DNA from: Octopus sinensis | Taxonomy: Eukaryota | DNA: 64,000 nt | Direction of reading: 5' to 3' | NCBI RefSeq assembly: GCF_006345805.1 | Contig: NC_043012.1 | Span: 14,384,001 to 14,448,000 of the forward strand | In this document: in pieces, positions 24,705 to 38,920 of the stretch | Layout of the letters: each line of letters begins with the position of its first letter | How positions within the stretch are numbered: position 1 is the stretch's first letter | Translations under genes and position numbers: made by a program | Notes under the pieces: model-generated | Seen by the model: only the letters and a program-made list of their open reading frames with translations | Told to the model about the DNA's origin: nothing | The model's database searches: none

Positions 24705-25375
24705 ACAGAATCGTCAGCACACCGGGCGAAATGCTTAGCGATATTTTATTCGTCTTGTAAGGCGGCGAGCTGGCAGAAACGTTAGCGCGCCGGGCGAAAT
24801 GCGTAGCCGTATTTCGTCTGCCGTTACGTTCTGAGTTCAAATTCCGCCGAGGTCGACTTTGCCTTTCATCCTTTCGGGGTCGATAAATTAAGTACGATTT
24901 ACGCACTAGGGTCGATGTAATCGATTTAATCCATTTGTCTGTCCTTGTTTGTCGCCTCTATGTTTAGCCCCTTGTGGGTAATAAAGAAACGGATATTTTA
25001 TTCGTCTTTACTTCTGATTTCAAATTCCGCCGAATTTGACTCTCCTTTCATCCTTTCGGGGTCGATAAATTAAGTACTAATGGAACACTGGGATCGATGT
25101 AATCGACTAGTGCCCTCCCTTAAAATTTCAGGCCTTGTGCCTTTAGTAGAAAAGATTATTATCATCACATGTTGGCGCAATCGTTAGCACACCGGCTGAA
25201 ATGCCTTAGCGGTAGCTTGTCCGTCTTTATGTTCTGAGTTCAAATTCCGCCTACGTCGACTTTGCCTTTCATCTTTTCGGAGTCGTTAAGTTAAGTACCA
25301 TTTGAGCACTGGAGTTGTTGTAATCGACTTACTTCCTATCTGGAATTGCTGGCCTTGTGTGTAAATTTGAAACCA
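24705..25375 (+). mobile_element. Cluster of 3-4 tandem SINE copies (GGCGGCGAGCTGGCAGAAACG head family)
   Basis: Repeated GTTCTGAGTTCAAATTCCGCC B box and CTTTCATCCTTTCGGGGTCGATAAATTAAGTAC domain. Confidence 0.8.
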
Positions 25376-25917
25376 CTATTAATATCTTAAATGAATACGT
25401 TCGGACTTTTTATGAGTGTATGTTTACAAGAAGGTAGGTAGGTATGTATGTATGTGCGAACATATGCATGTATGAATGTATTTATGCTTGTTTACTTGTT
25501 TCAACCAACATGAATCGCTCACCCATGTACGAAGGTTTTCTAATAAATTAGAAATGAGAATACTAATTCAGTAGAGAATAGGGGAGAATAGTAGAGAATT
25601 TGCAAAATTCATCATTGTTGCTTTCCTCTCGTCTATCACTTCCTTATGACCGTACAATCATCATCACCAACAACAACATCCGCGAACATCATCATTATCA
25701 TCATCATTACTGCCAATATTGAGAGTTGTGTGAATTTTGCAATAAAGTCCTTTGTTTCATTTTGTCCCTTTCTGGAAGATCGAATGAAGTTGAGAAGCCA
25801 TAAATATCATTACTTAGGTGTCATTCTCAAACACAGTAGCTTTATCTAACTCTACCGTTAGGCAAATATTATTTAGGAGTATGGAATTACTAAATTCCAT
25901 ATTAATGAGCAAATCGT

Positions 25918-25963
<46 letters not shown>

Positions 25964-28217
25964 TTTCCTCTTTGTGAAACCAGTCTGCAGGAAAGTTAAA
26001 AGCCTTTCTATCGGCTTCCCAGAAACAATATAATGCACAGTAACTGTTAGCTGATAAACTTCGGCGCGGTCTGGTCTGGTATTAGATACTTCGCAGTTTT
26101 AAGTTTTGATACAATATGATTCCCATATCTTAAATATAACACAGCCATTTTTTCGTTGGTGGTAATTATAAGTGCGACAGCTGACGACTTCCGAAATTGC
26201 CAAATACTTTCAAGTGACCCATTAGAAATGGATCAAAGTGTGCAATAAATTCCATAATTGCACAAAAGCTCCCATTTTACATAGATCTATGATTTCTTCA
26301 CTCATCTTAAATGCCAGATCTCTATCGGCTAGAATTATTGTATACGGCCACAACACAGCTCAATACCTCAGCACAGTATTTCGTGTTTCTCTGTACTGTT
26401 TTCCTACTTGTTATTAATATGAAAACAATCCCCGCATAGAAGAAAATTAAACAGCAACATAGACCTCTGTGTTTTCATTTTCTCCCCTGCGTTTTTTCTA
26501 ATCATTAAATCCCATCCTTGTTGGAAAACCTTCCAGGGTAGCTTGACATCAAAGTAGAGTAAAATCAATTAACTGCACTCCTTGGTGGGCTGTACAAGAT
26601 CCACTTTGTCAAACACTGCCCATCATTGTCACAAACAGTACAAAATTGAATTTTTAAAATAATGAGTGCTCACCATTTTTTTTATATATTGGCGTCAATA
26701 TTCAGTATTCTGAAAAAAACAGGGACACTTTTTTCTGGACAGAAACTATCTGGTTCGGTGTAGATCCGAAGATAACACTTCGCTATCCATATCAGTAGAA
26801 TGCGGTGATCCTTCGTTTTCAATATCTTGAGCTTATATGTTTCTCCTATGTTGCAAATGCACTTGAGAGTACAGCTAGTTTCTCAAAAGAGACATCTGTT
26901 ACTGAATCTTCATTATCTTTTTAATTGTCCTTTTCGAAACAAAGAAAAATTGTGCAAGGTGTTGTGTCTTTGCAAATACAGTAGCATTTTTTTTTTACTT
27001 CTTTCTTTGGAAATTTTTCTGGAAGCAGCTGAATATTGTGTGGTATACAGTATATTCTGTGTGGCAATATAATCTGAAAAAAAAGCAAAAAGAAAAAAGA
27101 AAATCAAGAGAAACAAATGACAACGGCCATGGAGACTCACTTTGTTTAAACCAACTACAGGCATACTAAGTACTAAGCTAGACTCTTTACACATACTTCT
27201 ATCAGGTTTACAGCTGGGACAGATAAGTAGGCCTGCAGCCAATTTAAATCAAGTGTTAATGGAAAAGAATTCAAGCAATAAAAAGCAAATTGAGGATTGC
27301 AAATTAAGGATTGCGTATCCATTAAATTACTTTTCCCCAAAATTACTCTTCACCTTCATGGAGCCAAAGAAACAAAGGAACGCCATAAACGCTTCAAAAA
27401 GGATAGGCCTGCAAAGGAACTGTGTATTTCAAGGATCCCTTTAAATTTCAATCATGTAACGATATTTGAGCTAACAGTTATACTTTTGTTAATAAAAATG
27501 TCGTCTGCACATGTAACGGTTCAAATAATTTTGTGAGGTAAGGGTATTTTGTATTGCAATTAAGATGGGTTGTTGTTAGTGACGTCCTTGTGCTTATTTT
27601 TATGTTCAACATTTTTTCGATCTCTTTATTTTTTAATCCACCATTTACGACCAAGAAATTTCAGGCGTAGACATCCGCATGCAATAACATTTTATGTCTC
27701 AACAGAGACACCTGAAAATTTGTGGCCACTGATACATTGAAAAATAAAGTTAAAAAATAGCACCAGTGACAGTGATAGGTCCTAAATATCACACTCATCT
27801 TTGAGAATGTAACACGAATATAACGATTACAAACTGGTAGGCCAGTATCTCAGGAGGCTGGGTAACACATAAACATTAAAAACGTAGGATTTCGGTGAAA
27901 TATTTTTCCACCTTTTAGCATAGAAATTTCAAGAGCTTGACGAATTGGAATGACGAAAGATATTGAAAAAAAAATGAAAAAAAATATACAGTTCGATATG
28001 AAAAAATGTTTGAACACATCATATTCTAAAGCTGAAGGAAAACCGATTTTATCTGTGGCATGATGATATGACAAAGAGATAATTTTATAATTGAGACAAT
28101 AATTTGAAAATTAAAATTTTGGAAGTCAGACAGTCTTACCTTTTACTCCTAAATTTTACCAGCGTACGAAAAGACTTCTATGTGATGAAGTTTAGAGAGT
28201 GGCAACAATATATGTGA

Positions 28218-28279
<62 letters not shown>

Positions 28280-28885
28280 TTTAATCGCAAGAACAAATGT
28301 CTGAAATCTATTTATATAAACAGATAAATACATAGAAGTACTGACTAGGTTTTAGAAAGCTTTCGTTTGTGTTACTTTGGTTTTCCATTGTTATTTTTTC
28401 CCATTTATCCGTTATTTTATTCCAAAGGGATTGAAAAACTGATTTTGAAGAATTGCGTTGTAGATTTTGAAGGTTAAGTAACTGCTTTAGCTAAAGTGGA
28501 GAAAATGTATTTTAAAGGATATTTCTTTAAGCAGAACTTTTAAGAATTGGGGGATGGCTCTCTTCCTGTAAGGTTGCTAGTATGGGGGAGACTCTCAGGG
28601 CAGAAGGCCCACAAACCATGGTAGGGGGCCCCACTATTAGGGGGAATGGGGCAGGTGCGCTTTTTGCCTCCCTAGAAATCAGACTGTGTGTTTTTGTGTG
28701 TGTGTGTGTTTGTGTGGATTCTCAACAAAGCATCTATTGTAGATGTATTCTGATTTAAGAACAAACGACATGCAGATTGAAGACCATATAGAATTTGAAA
28801 TAGGAGGCGGTGCTCCAGCATGGCCACAGTCCAAATGACTGAAACAAGCAAAAGAGTAAAAGAGTAAAAGTAAAGAGTAGAAGAC

Positions 28886-29080
28886 ATGGACGAATCTGGA
28901 ATACTATCTCTGCTTCGTTTCCAAATCAGGCTCACGGAGGAGAGCTCTATCAATACTAACTTTTACAGGAAAGCTATCACTAGGGACCTCTTCTTACACT
29001 ACGAGTCATCCCTACCACCAGAGCCAAATTCGCAAACGTGTAAAATGAAATCACACGCAAAAGCGACAGATGCAGCAACA
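28886..29080 (+). pseudogene. Penelope-like RT thumb fragment
   Basis: SINTNFYRKAITRDLFLHYESSLP resembles the PLE motif TxxYRKPTxxxxYLxxxSxHP; compare ITDIYHKPTDSQQYLLFSSCHP in ORF 14291-14686. Confidence 0.6.
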
Positions 29081-29112
29081 TATATATATATATATATACA
29101 TACATACATACA

Positions 29113-32100
29113 TCCGATTCAAAATTTTAGTTCATCACAAAACCTCGCTAAGCTAAGTATATATATATTTATATTTAAGATCTTTGAATTTTAATATTTT
29201 ATAAGTCTTATGGTGTAATAATATTGTTTTTTATGTAAATATCGTTGTTTACGTAATGATCTAATTATCGTAATTTTCTATATAATTATTAGATATTAAC
29301 TTTAAGTTTATTCGTAAGAATTTACTTAGCGATAGATACGTTGTTTGATAGCAAGTATACGAGTTGTTTGAAGTTAGGTTTAATAAATCTTATAGTATAG
29401 AGTGATTCTATTCTTTATCTGTAACTTCATTCTATTTACATTTATTGATAAACCATAACTGTTCCCATTCACAATCTTCATTGATAAAGCGTATTTGTTA
29501 CTCACGCTTAATGAATTCTTCAACAATTCATTCTTGTTTTGCTTATAACGTAATTCCACGAGTATTCTTATAAACGCTGTAAAGACGTTTTCCGATTCAA
29601 AATTTTAGTTCATCACAAAACCTCGCTAAGCTAAGTATATATATATTTATATTTAAGATCAATGAATTTTAATATTTTATAATTCTTATGGTGTAATAAT
29701 ATTGTTTTTTATGTTAATATCGTTGTTTATGTAATGATCTAATTATCGTAATTATTAGATATTAACTTTAAGTTTATTCGTAAGAATTTACTTAGCGATA
29801 GATTTGTTGTTTGATAGCAAGTATACGAGTTGTTTGAAGTTAGGTTTATGTATATACATGCATTAATAGCATTAATTGTAGTTTTAAACTTCTTATAATT
29901 ATTATTTTAACTTATCTATTGTCTTTTTAAATTGATATTTGCTAGATTTATTATTCCCATTGATAAATATATTTATAGTATTTATTTGATACTATATAAC
30001 TACGAATTGATTATTTCTTTAAGTATTTTAAATATAAGATTTCTGAAAGTTATTATTTAGCCAACGAGATATAAAAATAGTTAATTTGATATAGCGTTCG
30101 TTTACGATTGTTTGTTTGTTTTTTTGAAATTAGCTATTTCATCTTTAAATATGAAAAATTAATTTATTAGGTCTTTATTATATGTGCATATATATATTTA
30201 TAGAGATTATTTTAGATCTTAATTATAATACTTATATACATTTATATATTTTCATTGATAATTTATATATTATTTGAATTTTATATTTTTAATAATATAA
30301 TACTTTTTTGTAAAATATTTATGTAATTAGATATTGACTATTACTGATATTAGATTATTGGTGGGTTTCTTGCCTTAAAAATTAATACTTAAAAATTAAA
30401 ATTAATATTTAACATTATAATTGATGTTTTGATTTAATCATAATTGTTAAGTTTCTAGTTTGATAATAGAGTTTTTTATAAGTAAAATTTTTATATTATT
30501 TATTTCTTTAAAATATTGTTTAAATATTTCTGTTTACTAATTAAAATATTACAATTAACCTGAAGATTGACTGTAACCATAATTCGAATTCTTAATTGAA
30601 TTTAAATTATTGTTATTCGAATTGGTTACGGGCATGTAACGATCGTAGTGTTTTTACTATTTATCTTATATTAAACTTTTAATACTTTTTGATAGTTATA
30701 TAATTCACAAAAAATAAATAAATAAATAAATAAAATAATAAAATAATAATAATAATAATAATAAAAAAATTTTTAAATATATATATATATTTAAAATTTA
30801 TAAGTTTAAATTATTTAAATAATTTTTAAAATTTTAACTTTAATTTAAATATTTTAATTTGGAATTTTATATTTTATATATTTATATTTAAGATCAATGA
30901 ATTTTAATATTTTATAATTCTTATGGTGTAATAATATGTTTTTTATGTTAATATCGTTGTTTATGTAATGATCTAATTATCGTAATTATTAGATATTAAC
31001 TTTAAGTTTATTCGTAAGAATTTACTTAGCGATAGATTTGTTGTTTGATAGCAAGTATACGAGTGTTTGAAGTTAGGTTTATGTATATACATGCATTAAT
31101 AGCATTAATTGTAGTTTTAAACTTCTTATAATTATTATTTTAACTTATCTATTGTCTTTTTAAATTGATATTTGCTAGATTTATTATTCCCATTGATAAA
31201 TATATTTATAGTATTTATTTGATACTATATAACTACGAATTGATTATTTCTTTAAGTATTTTAAATATAAGATTTCTGAAAGTTATTATTTAGCCAACGA
31301 GATATAAAAATAGTTAATTTGATATAGCGTTCGTTTAAGATTGTTTGTTTGTTTTTTTGAAATTAGCTATTTCATCTTTAAATATGAAAAATTAATTTAT
31401 TAGGTCTTTATTATATGTGCATATATATTTATAGAGATTATTTTAGATCTTAATTATAATACTTATATACATTTATATATTTTCATTGATAATTTATATA
31501 TTATTTGAATTTTATATTTTTAATAATATAATACTTTTTTGTAAAATATTTATGTAATTAGATATTGACTATTACTGATATTAGATTATTGGTGGGTTTC
31601 TTGCCTTAAAAATTAATACTTAAAAATTAAAATTAATATTTAACATTATAATTGATGTTTTGATTTAATCATAATTGTTAAGTTTCTAGTTTGATAATAG
31701 AGTTTTTTATAAGTAAAATTTTTATATTATTTATTTCTTTAAAATATTGTTTAAATATTTCTGTTTACTAATTAAAATATTACAATTAACCTGAAGATTG
31801 ACTGTAACCATAATTCGAATTCTTAATTGAATTTAAATTATTGTTATTCGAATTGGTTACGGGCATGTAACGATCGTAGTGTTTTTACTATTTATCTTAT
31901 ATTAAACTTTTAATACTTTTTGATAGTTATATAATTCACAAAAAAAATAAATAAATAAATAAAATAAAATAATAAAATAATAATAATAATAATAAAAAAA
32001 TTTTTAAATATATATATATATTTAAAATTTATAAGTTTAAATTATTTAAATAATTTTTAAAATTTTAACTTTAATTTAAATATTTTAATTTGGAATTTTA

Positions 32101-32115
32101 TATTTTATATATTTT
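29113..32115. repeat. Ultra-AT-rich tandem duplication (~1.23-kb unit x2, plus a third copy of the first ~270 bp)
   Basis: 29113-29381 recurs from 29591, and 29640-30880 recurs at 30880-32115 (AGATC at 29660 versus 30895). Confidence 0.9.
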
Positions 32116-32219
32116 ATATTTATATTTTATATTTTTTAATTAATTTTTTTTCTATGTATTGGCTTATGATTTTCAGTTTGATTTGCCTAATAGTGGTTTT
32201 ATCTCTAATTTAATATAAT

Positions 32220-32770
32220 ATATACATTGATGTGTGTGTTTTTGTGTCTGTGTTTTGTGCCTCCCCATTACTTAGAAACTGTTGTTGGTGTGTTTGCGTC
32301 CCCGTAACTTAGCGGTTCAACAAAAGCTATTGATAGAATAAGCACCAGGCTTACAAAGAATAAGACGGTACTCCAGCATGGCAACATTCAAATGACTGTA
32401 ACAAGTAACAGAGTAAAAGAGTGCTATATATGTATATAATATATATATATCATAGCCTCAGGCCAACCAAAGCCTTGTGAGTGGATTTCGTACACGGAAA
32501 CTGAAAAAAGACTGTCGTATATATGTTTATACTTGTGTGTGTGTGTGCGTGCATGTCTGTATGTCTGTGAGTCTGTGTTTGTACCTCCACCATTGCTTGA
32601 CAACCGATATTGCTGTGTTTACGTTCCCATAAACTAGCAGTTTCGGCAATAGACATTGACAGAATAAGTACTAGACTTACAATGAATATATCCTGTTGTC
32701 AATTTGTTCGACCAACGGCTGTGCTTCAGCATGGCTGCAGTCACATGAGTGAAACAAATAAAACTATAAA
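32220..32770 (+). mobile_element. Two decayed SINE fragments (GCTCCAGCATGGCCGCAGTC tail family)
   Basis: CCAAAGCCTTGTGAGTGGATTT...GGAAACTGAAA body plus family tail. Confidence 0.65.
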
Positions 32771-34028
32771 ACAATAAAAAAAATTATGCCATTTTAATCC
32801 CGAGCAAGGCCAGATATATATATATATACATATATATACAAACATAACTAAGTGCCCACTCGGTGCGCTACAATTTTACCGTTGATGCTTCAGCTATTAT
32901 AATTAATTACATGAAACTCCCACCGCGTCGGGGTCCAGTGCAGTGTCAGAATGGTTGTAACGTAATATAAGACGCACGTCAATAATGAGAGAAAATAATC
33001 CGTGCTTGAACTCTGTATTCCTTTATGCCATCTTTGTCATATGTTTCTATATCCGGTAGCATATATTTCTACTTTTCATCCGGTTTTGTCCGATAGAATT
33101 ACAGATCAATAGCGCAGCAGGATTTGCTATATTTAGTTACGGTCGTTATGATTCCGGGTTTAAAATCCTTCCAAGGTTAACGATTTTGACATCCGTCTCT
33201 TCGGAATTAAGAAAACACAAACGAGTAACTTTCATTTGTTTTGCATCGATCTACAAGATATAACAGCCAAATCTCTCTCAAATCAAAATTTCTTCATAAA
33301 TAAAGCATATGCATTGAATAATTCTCTCATTTATAAATAAATATTTCATATTCTCTGATGAAGGTTTTTCATAGTGGACATCATCGGTCATCGAAACCTT
33401 AACCTCAACTGTAACTAATAATAACAACACATTGACTTATTTCTTTTAAATACTTGAAAATCTCATCTCAAATTTCACTTCATTTCCTTCGCGTAATTTA
33501 AAGCTGTCATCTTGAAACGAGTCCTTTTCACAAACTTCTTTATTTCGTAGTCAGATTTATTTTTATGGATCTTAAAAATAAATTTTTATCTCCTCTCACC
33601 ATTCCTTCATTATTCTTCTGCTTTCTCAGCTTTCCGATTTGTGTCAAAATCAATTGGTAATTTTCTCGAGATAACCTCTTTTATATTGTTGCTGAAAGGC
33701 AATCAGAGATGAGCAGAATGCAAACTATTTCTGTATTTGCCCGATATTATTGATATGACAAACCTGAAATCTTGTTGATTACAGGATAACTAAGTTTTTT
33801 ATATCGTTGCAATTATTCTCTTCTGTTTATCCCATTACAAACAATCCTATTTTATATTACAAAGGATTTTCTTGCTTTCATCTTTTCTCATTCATTTTAA
33901 AATCTTTCAGCAGGCATCCATTTCATTTTATTTCATATCAATACACTATTTTAGCAAGCTAAAAACAAGTTTTAAAATATTTTTCTTTTTTTCTCTTCCA
34001 ACGTCCCACTCTCTCAATTCATATATAA

Positions 34029-34061
<33 letters not shown>

Positions 34062-34068
34062 TGTATGT

Positions 34069-34128
<60 letters not shown>

Positions 34129-34394
34129 ACTACTTGTTACAGTGACAAACTTCGTTAAAATAAAAGCTATTACTTATATAAGAATCTTAGAAAAACTGAA
34201 TGCGACGAACCTTTTGGAAGCAAGTTCTTGTATAGTGTGTATAAGAACTTAAAAATTTTAAGACCGAAGTCCTTACACTCACAATACAAAAACTCCCTAC
34301 CAAAATGTTTGTACCATTCTGTTTTTATTTTCAAAATTTACATCGTTAACTTAATTTAAACGAATCATTCTTCTCACACACTCACACTTATCTA

Positions 34395-34434
<40 letters not shown>

Positions 34435-34441
<7 letters not shown>

Positions 34442-34950
34442 AACTTATAAATAAGGGCAGACGAAAATATTTCTAATGCCAAATATGCCGAAATTAGACA
34501 TCCTGTCCATAACCATATTATTTTTTCACAATACGCACGCTACTTAAAAAAGGTTGACAGAAACTACTAAAAAATTCCATTATTACCACATCGGACCGAT
34601 TACAGGGTTAGTTCATCAGAACCCTCCCTTCGTCAGTGATAAATGTGGCAAAGAAATAAATGAAATACCTACTCATACCCATGGAAGAAGTAAACACTAA
34701 GTCATGAGCACAATTAAGTACCCCAAATACATCCAAAATAGAAGTTCACTGACAAAGGGAGGGTTCTGATGAACTAACCCTGAAATCGGTCCGATATGGT
34801 AATAATGGAATGTTTTAGAAATTTCTGTCGACCTTTTTTGAGTAGCGTGCATATTGTGAAAAAATAATATGGTTATGGACAGGGTGTCTAATTTCGGCAT
34901 ATTTGGCATCAGAAATTTTTTCGTTTGCCCTTATTTATAAGTTGTTTATA
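34435..34950. repeat. Diverged inverted repeat (arms 34435-34639 and 34746-34950) with partial hammerhead-like motif
   Basis: ~205-bp arms with scattered substitutions. The right arm has CTGATGA-ACTAACCCT-GAAA-TCGGTCCGA-TA at 34766-34796. Confidence 0.75.
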
Positions 34951-35289
34951 ATTTTAACCTTTAAAGGTATTTTTTAATATGCTGACCATTGATAAAATTT
35001 TTTTTCGAAAAAAATTTTATCCAAGATTAAATATAAATAAAAAAAAGTATATATATATATTAATAGTTATTGCCAAGTTAATATGGCAGTCCAGAAATAT
35101 AGGACGAATGCTGCCGTTGATTAGTTCCAAGAGGCCATCGCCGATAGCTAGCTATGTGACACACGAACCTGTGTCCATTATAACCTTCGAACGGGGGAGG
35201 TCGGCCGCTTCACCTTGCTGGTCAGGCATCTGCAAACTAGTTTCAGGGTATTTGCCCCTTATCAATGTAGAGTAGCCGAACCCAGCAGG

Positions 35290-35327
<38 letters not shown>

Positions 35328-35799
35328 GGATTAGATGTGTACAGTGTACAAATATAAACTTCTTACCAATTCAAATATCCTTTAAGCATATTGAAACCCG
35401 TATGAAAGCTATTCACTGTATTTTTCGCTGTATTTTGTCATGGAGAAAAGGTTTTACTGTAGACAAGTAGGTGTAAACATACAAAGTGAGTTCGAAGCTT
35501 TCTCTACCCAGACTGATGCGTTTCAGATTAGTTATCTTCTCTTCTGCGTCAAGAAAACTAGAGACGGATATTCTGTATCTGAATACTAGGATTGTTCTCT
35601 GTATTCAATCGATTGCTAATTTACCAACGTCTTTCGAAGAAAACCCAAAAGAAACACATTATCCATGATTTTGCTCCTGTTCATAAGTCACAGGCAATGT
35701 GATACTCATGATTTCTAAAAAAATGAATAGAAGAGTGCTGTACAGCGTAAACAATGACAAGAAATTTCATGAACTCCATCTTCTGCGAGAAAAAAAACT

Positions 35800-35960
35800 A
35801 ATAGAAGCTTGCTTCCCTACCACATGGTTCTGGGTTCAGTCACACTGCGTGGCACCTTGGGCAGGCACCACCAAAGCCTTGTGAGTGGATCTGGTAGACA
35901 GAAACGTAAAAGAAGCTCGCTATGTGTGTGTGTGTGTGTGTGTGTGTGTCATCACCAGTT
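35800..35960 (+). mobile_element. SINE head fragment
   Basis: GAAGCTTGCTTCC...CACATGGTTCTGGGTTCAGTC...GGCACCTTGGGCA. Confidence 0.65.
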
Positions 35961-36564
35961 GAGAAGCAGTTTTGTGTGAATTTAAAACAACCTAGATTTT
36001 TTTGATTATTTAATTTTTTTCACTATAATTATTGAGGTTGTCCGGCAGCCGTTTTGTGACATGACCGTTTAAGTTTAAATGGTTGCTTTGATATTAGATA
36101 TATTTATGTTTAAGTCCAAGGTTAGAAATCCAAGGTTCGAAAACCGAATTCGTGAAGCCAGATTTTATGAAATCCAAATTTTCGGAAACCATATATATTT
36201 TTTCTTTTTTTGTAAACCAAATTTGTGAGGCTAGGTTTTGTGTGAGGTCAATTTTGGTGGAACCAAAATTTGTGAATCCAGAGTTACGAATCGAAGTTTG
36301 TGAAATCAAGTTGAAGCCGAGTTTCAGAGTCCGAATTTCTGAACTATATATATATATGTATTGCCTTTATAAATATTTTGACTGCACATGTAGTGTAGCA
36401 TTAATTTATTTTTGTTCGTATATATTTGTTTTGTATCTAGGCTGTTTTTTTTTGCTGACACTTAATTGTTAATAATATTTTACAAAACTTCATGGTGTGT
36501 TGTTGTTTTGGGTTCATCTCATCCATCCTTGTTGCTTGTGTAAATTCGGGTTATAACCACCATA

Positions 36565-36595
<31 letters not shown>

Positions 36596-36682
36596 ATATA
36601 TATACGTGTGTATGTGAGTGTTTACGTGTGTTTACTTACGAATGTAAATATGTCTACATATATTCCTGAGGAAGTAGACGTA

Positions 36683-36718
<36 letters not shown>

Positions 36719-37767
36719 CATACATACATACACTTATATATAGTGTGAGAGAGAAAGAGAGAAATATTTCTTAGTGTAATTATATAAAATGTTTTGCAAT
36801 ATTAGTCTTTATTTTCCTTTTTAATCATCGCCACTCCATTTTTTTTACTACAATTATTGTTATAGATTCTCTAAATATCCAGCATTTTTTAGAAACATCC
36901 CAATGTAGCTTCGGCAGATGTTGGCGTGGGGGTGGGAATGAATAAAAATTAATCAACATCGTAAAATACGAAGAAGCAATACGTAAGTTTTGTAAACATA
37001 TGAAACTCTTGAATGTCGACGTTTCTAAATTGCATTCTTATCCACCAGCTATTCTTTTCTCTGCAAAGTTTGGAACTGCTAAATTATATAAAAATTTCCA
37101 AACCAAATTTCATAACAGTACATTAGATTACTTTGAAGACACAATTTCAGCAAATAGTTTCTGTAATATTATTTGCATCAAAATATTTTTGAAATGTGTT
37201 TAATATGCAGTTGCTCCCAGGTTTATATGACCGTCGATTTCTGCAGATTCACCTCCATTCAGTTTGGGTTTTGGACACTTTCTTTAATTTTTGTGTATTA
37301 TTGAGAAACCACATCGCCTCTTTGTGTCTCCAGCTTCTCTTCTCTTTTATCTTTAATTTCATTTTCACTTTTTCGATAATGAAATAAAGTGCACTGTTAA
37401 AGTAGTGTAATACACCAGTTTTATTTTTTACATTTTCTTACATATTTTCTAAATAATAGAGGTTCATAAGCCAACCCAAATTGAAATTTTACGACAAAAT
37501 ATACGAGACAATTCAATGTATATGAAGCAGGTGCTAGACCCATCAAGAGATAATATCAGCGCCAGTATAATTGCAGGAACTTCAATAAGTTCAAACATAT
37601 ATCATACAGAATTGCACGCTGGAAAAACGTTTTAATCTGGATTAGTTTTCAGCAGAGGGGAAGATGAAACAACAAAACATCTAAACACAAACAAAAATCA
37701 GTATTGTGTCTTCAAAAGCAGTTGAAGAATTGGATTAGTTGTCAAAGAAAGTGGGGTAACGTATAAA

Positions 37768-37823
<56 letters not shown>

Positions 37824-37844
37824 TAGATAGATAGATAGATAGAC

Positions 37845-37887
<43 letters not shown>

Positions 37888-38815
37888 CGGACAGGCAGGC
37901 AGATGTAGGGTTGGAACCGTCCAACATATCCCAGTATGATGGTAGAGAGGAGGCGAACATATAAAGATTATTTTCAGATTTTATAATCCTATGTTTGCTG
38001 GCTCAGTGATTGTATTTTTCATCCCAAATCTCATTAATGTTTGGAATTTGTTTGGTTTCCTTCATAAATAATATAACCTGTAACCTTACCTCGAATTACT
38101 GGATTTAGTTTTACGTTGTAATTCATAAAACCAGTCTGCTGTGTAAACCCGGCGATATCTGCATTTCGTGAAGGATGGATTTTTGCTAACTATCCAAGAG
38201 AGATAACATATGGAAAACTTTAATTTGTTGTTAGATGTTAGTACCATTACTTTCGTTTTCTTTATGCTAGTCCCATAAAAAAGAAAAATGAATTCATCCC
38301 AGTAGAGAAACAGCGCATTTGCTTTTTTTCGTTTTAATTCTTTTCGTTTTTCTTTTTCCTAGTCGTATGATCTCTGTGTACACATAATGCGTTGTACATC
38401 GAGATGATCTGATTTTGTGAAAGATATATTGCTTGACTATTGACACATCATGTTCCTCGATAAAAAGCTACATTTGAATATATTTGTCCTACGGATACAA
38501 AATTTAAGGAAATTATGAATAAAACCCTTAGGGGATAACTAACCATCAGCTTACGAAAAGATAATTTTCTAATCGAAGAAAATCGATAATATAGAAAGAG
38601 ATAACAAATGACAATTTAAACATTAAAATACTAAAAATCAATGCACGCGCGTCGTCTCAACGGTATTCAACTCACGAAGGTTTGTTTTCTTGAGCTAAAC
38701 ACTTCGTTTCAAGAACGATCCTGTTTAATGAGTACCATCCGGGTAATGAATGCAGCCCTCTTTTCCACAGATACAAACTAATGCTCTGCTGGATCAAGGT
38801 CAATGGGGCTTAATG

Positions 38816-38920
<105 letters not shown>

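Noticed and set aside
27142-27536. Two overlapping ORFs possibly from a PLE N-terminus or a cadherin exon
   Set aside because: No diagnostic motif, and the 21494-41514 splice is already in phase and continuous.
29640-30720. Possible ORF under an alternative genetic code (TAA=Gln/Glu) or a mitochondrial insertion
   Set aside because: The scarcity of TGA/TAG is expected from the very low G content, and no mitochondrial gene, rRNA or tRNA motif was recognised.
33355-33410. CTGATGA...GAAAC on +
   Set aside because: No pairing stems I, II or III.
36120-36340. Degenerate ~19-bp periodic repeats (CCAAATTTGTGA-like) that might suggest a CRISPR-like array
   Set aside because: No constant repeat with unique spacers, in a eukaryotic context; a decayed minisatellite or transposon subterminal repeat.
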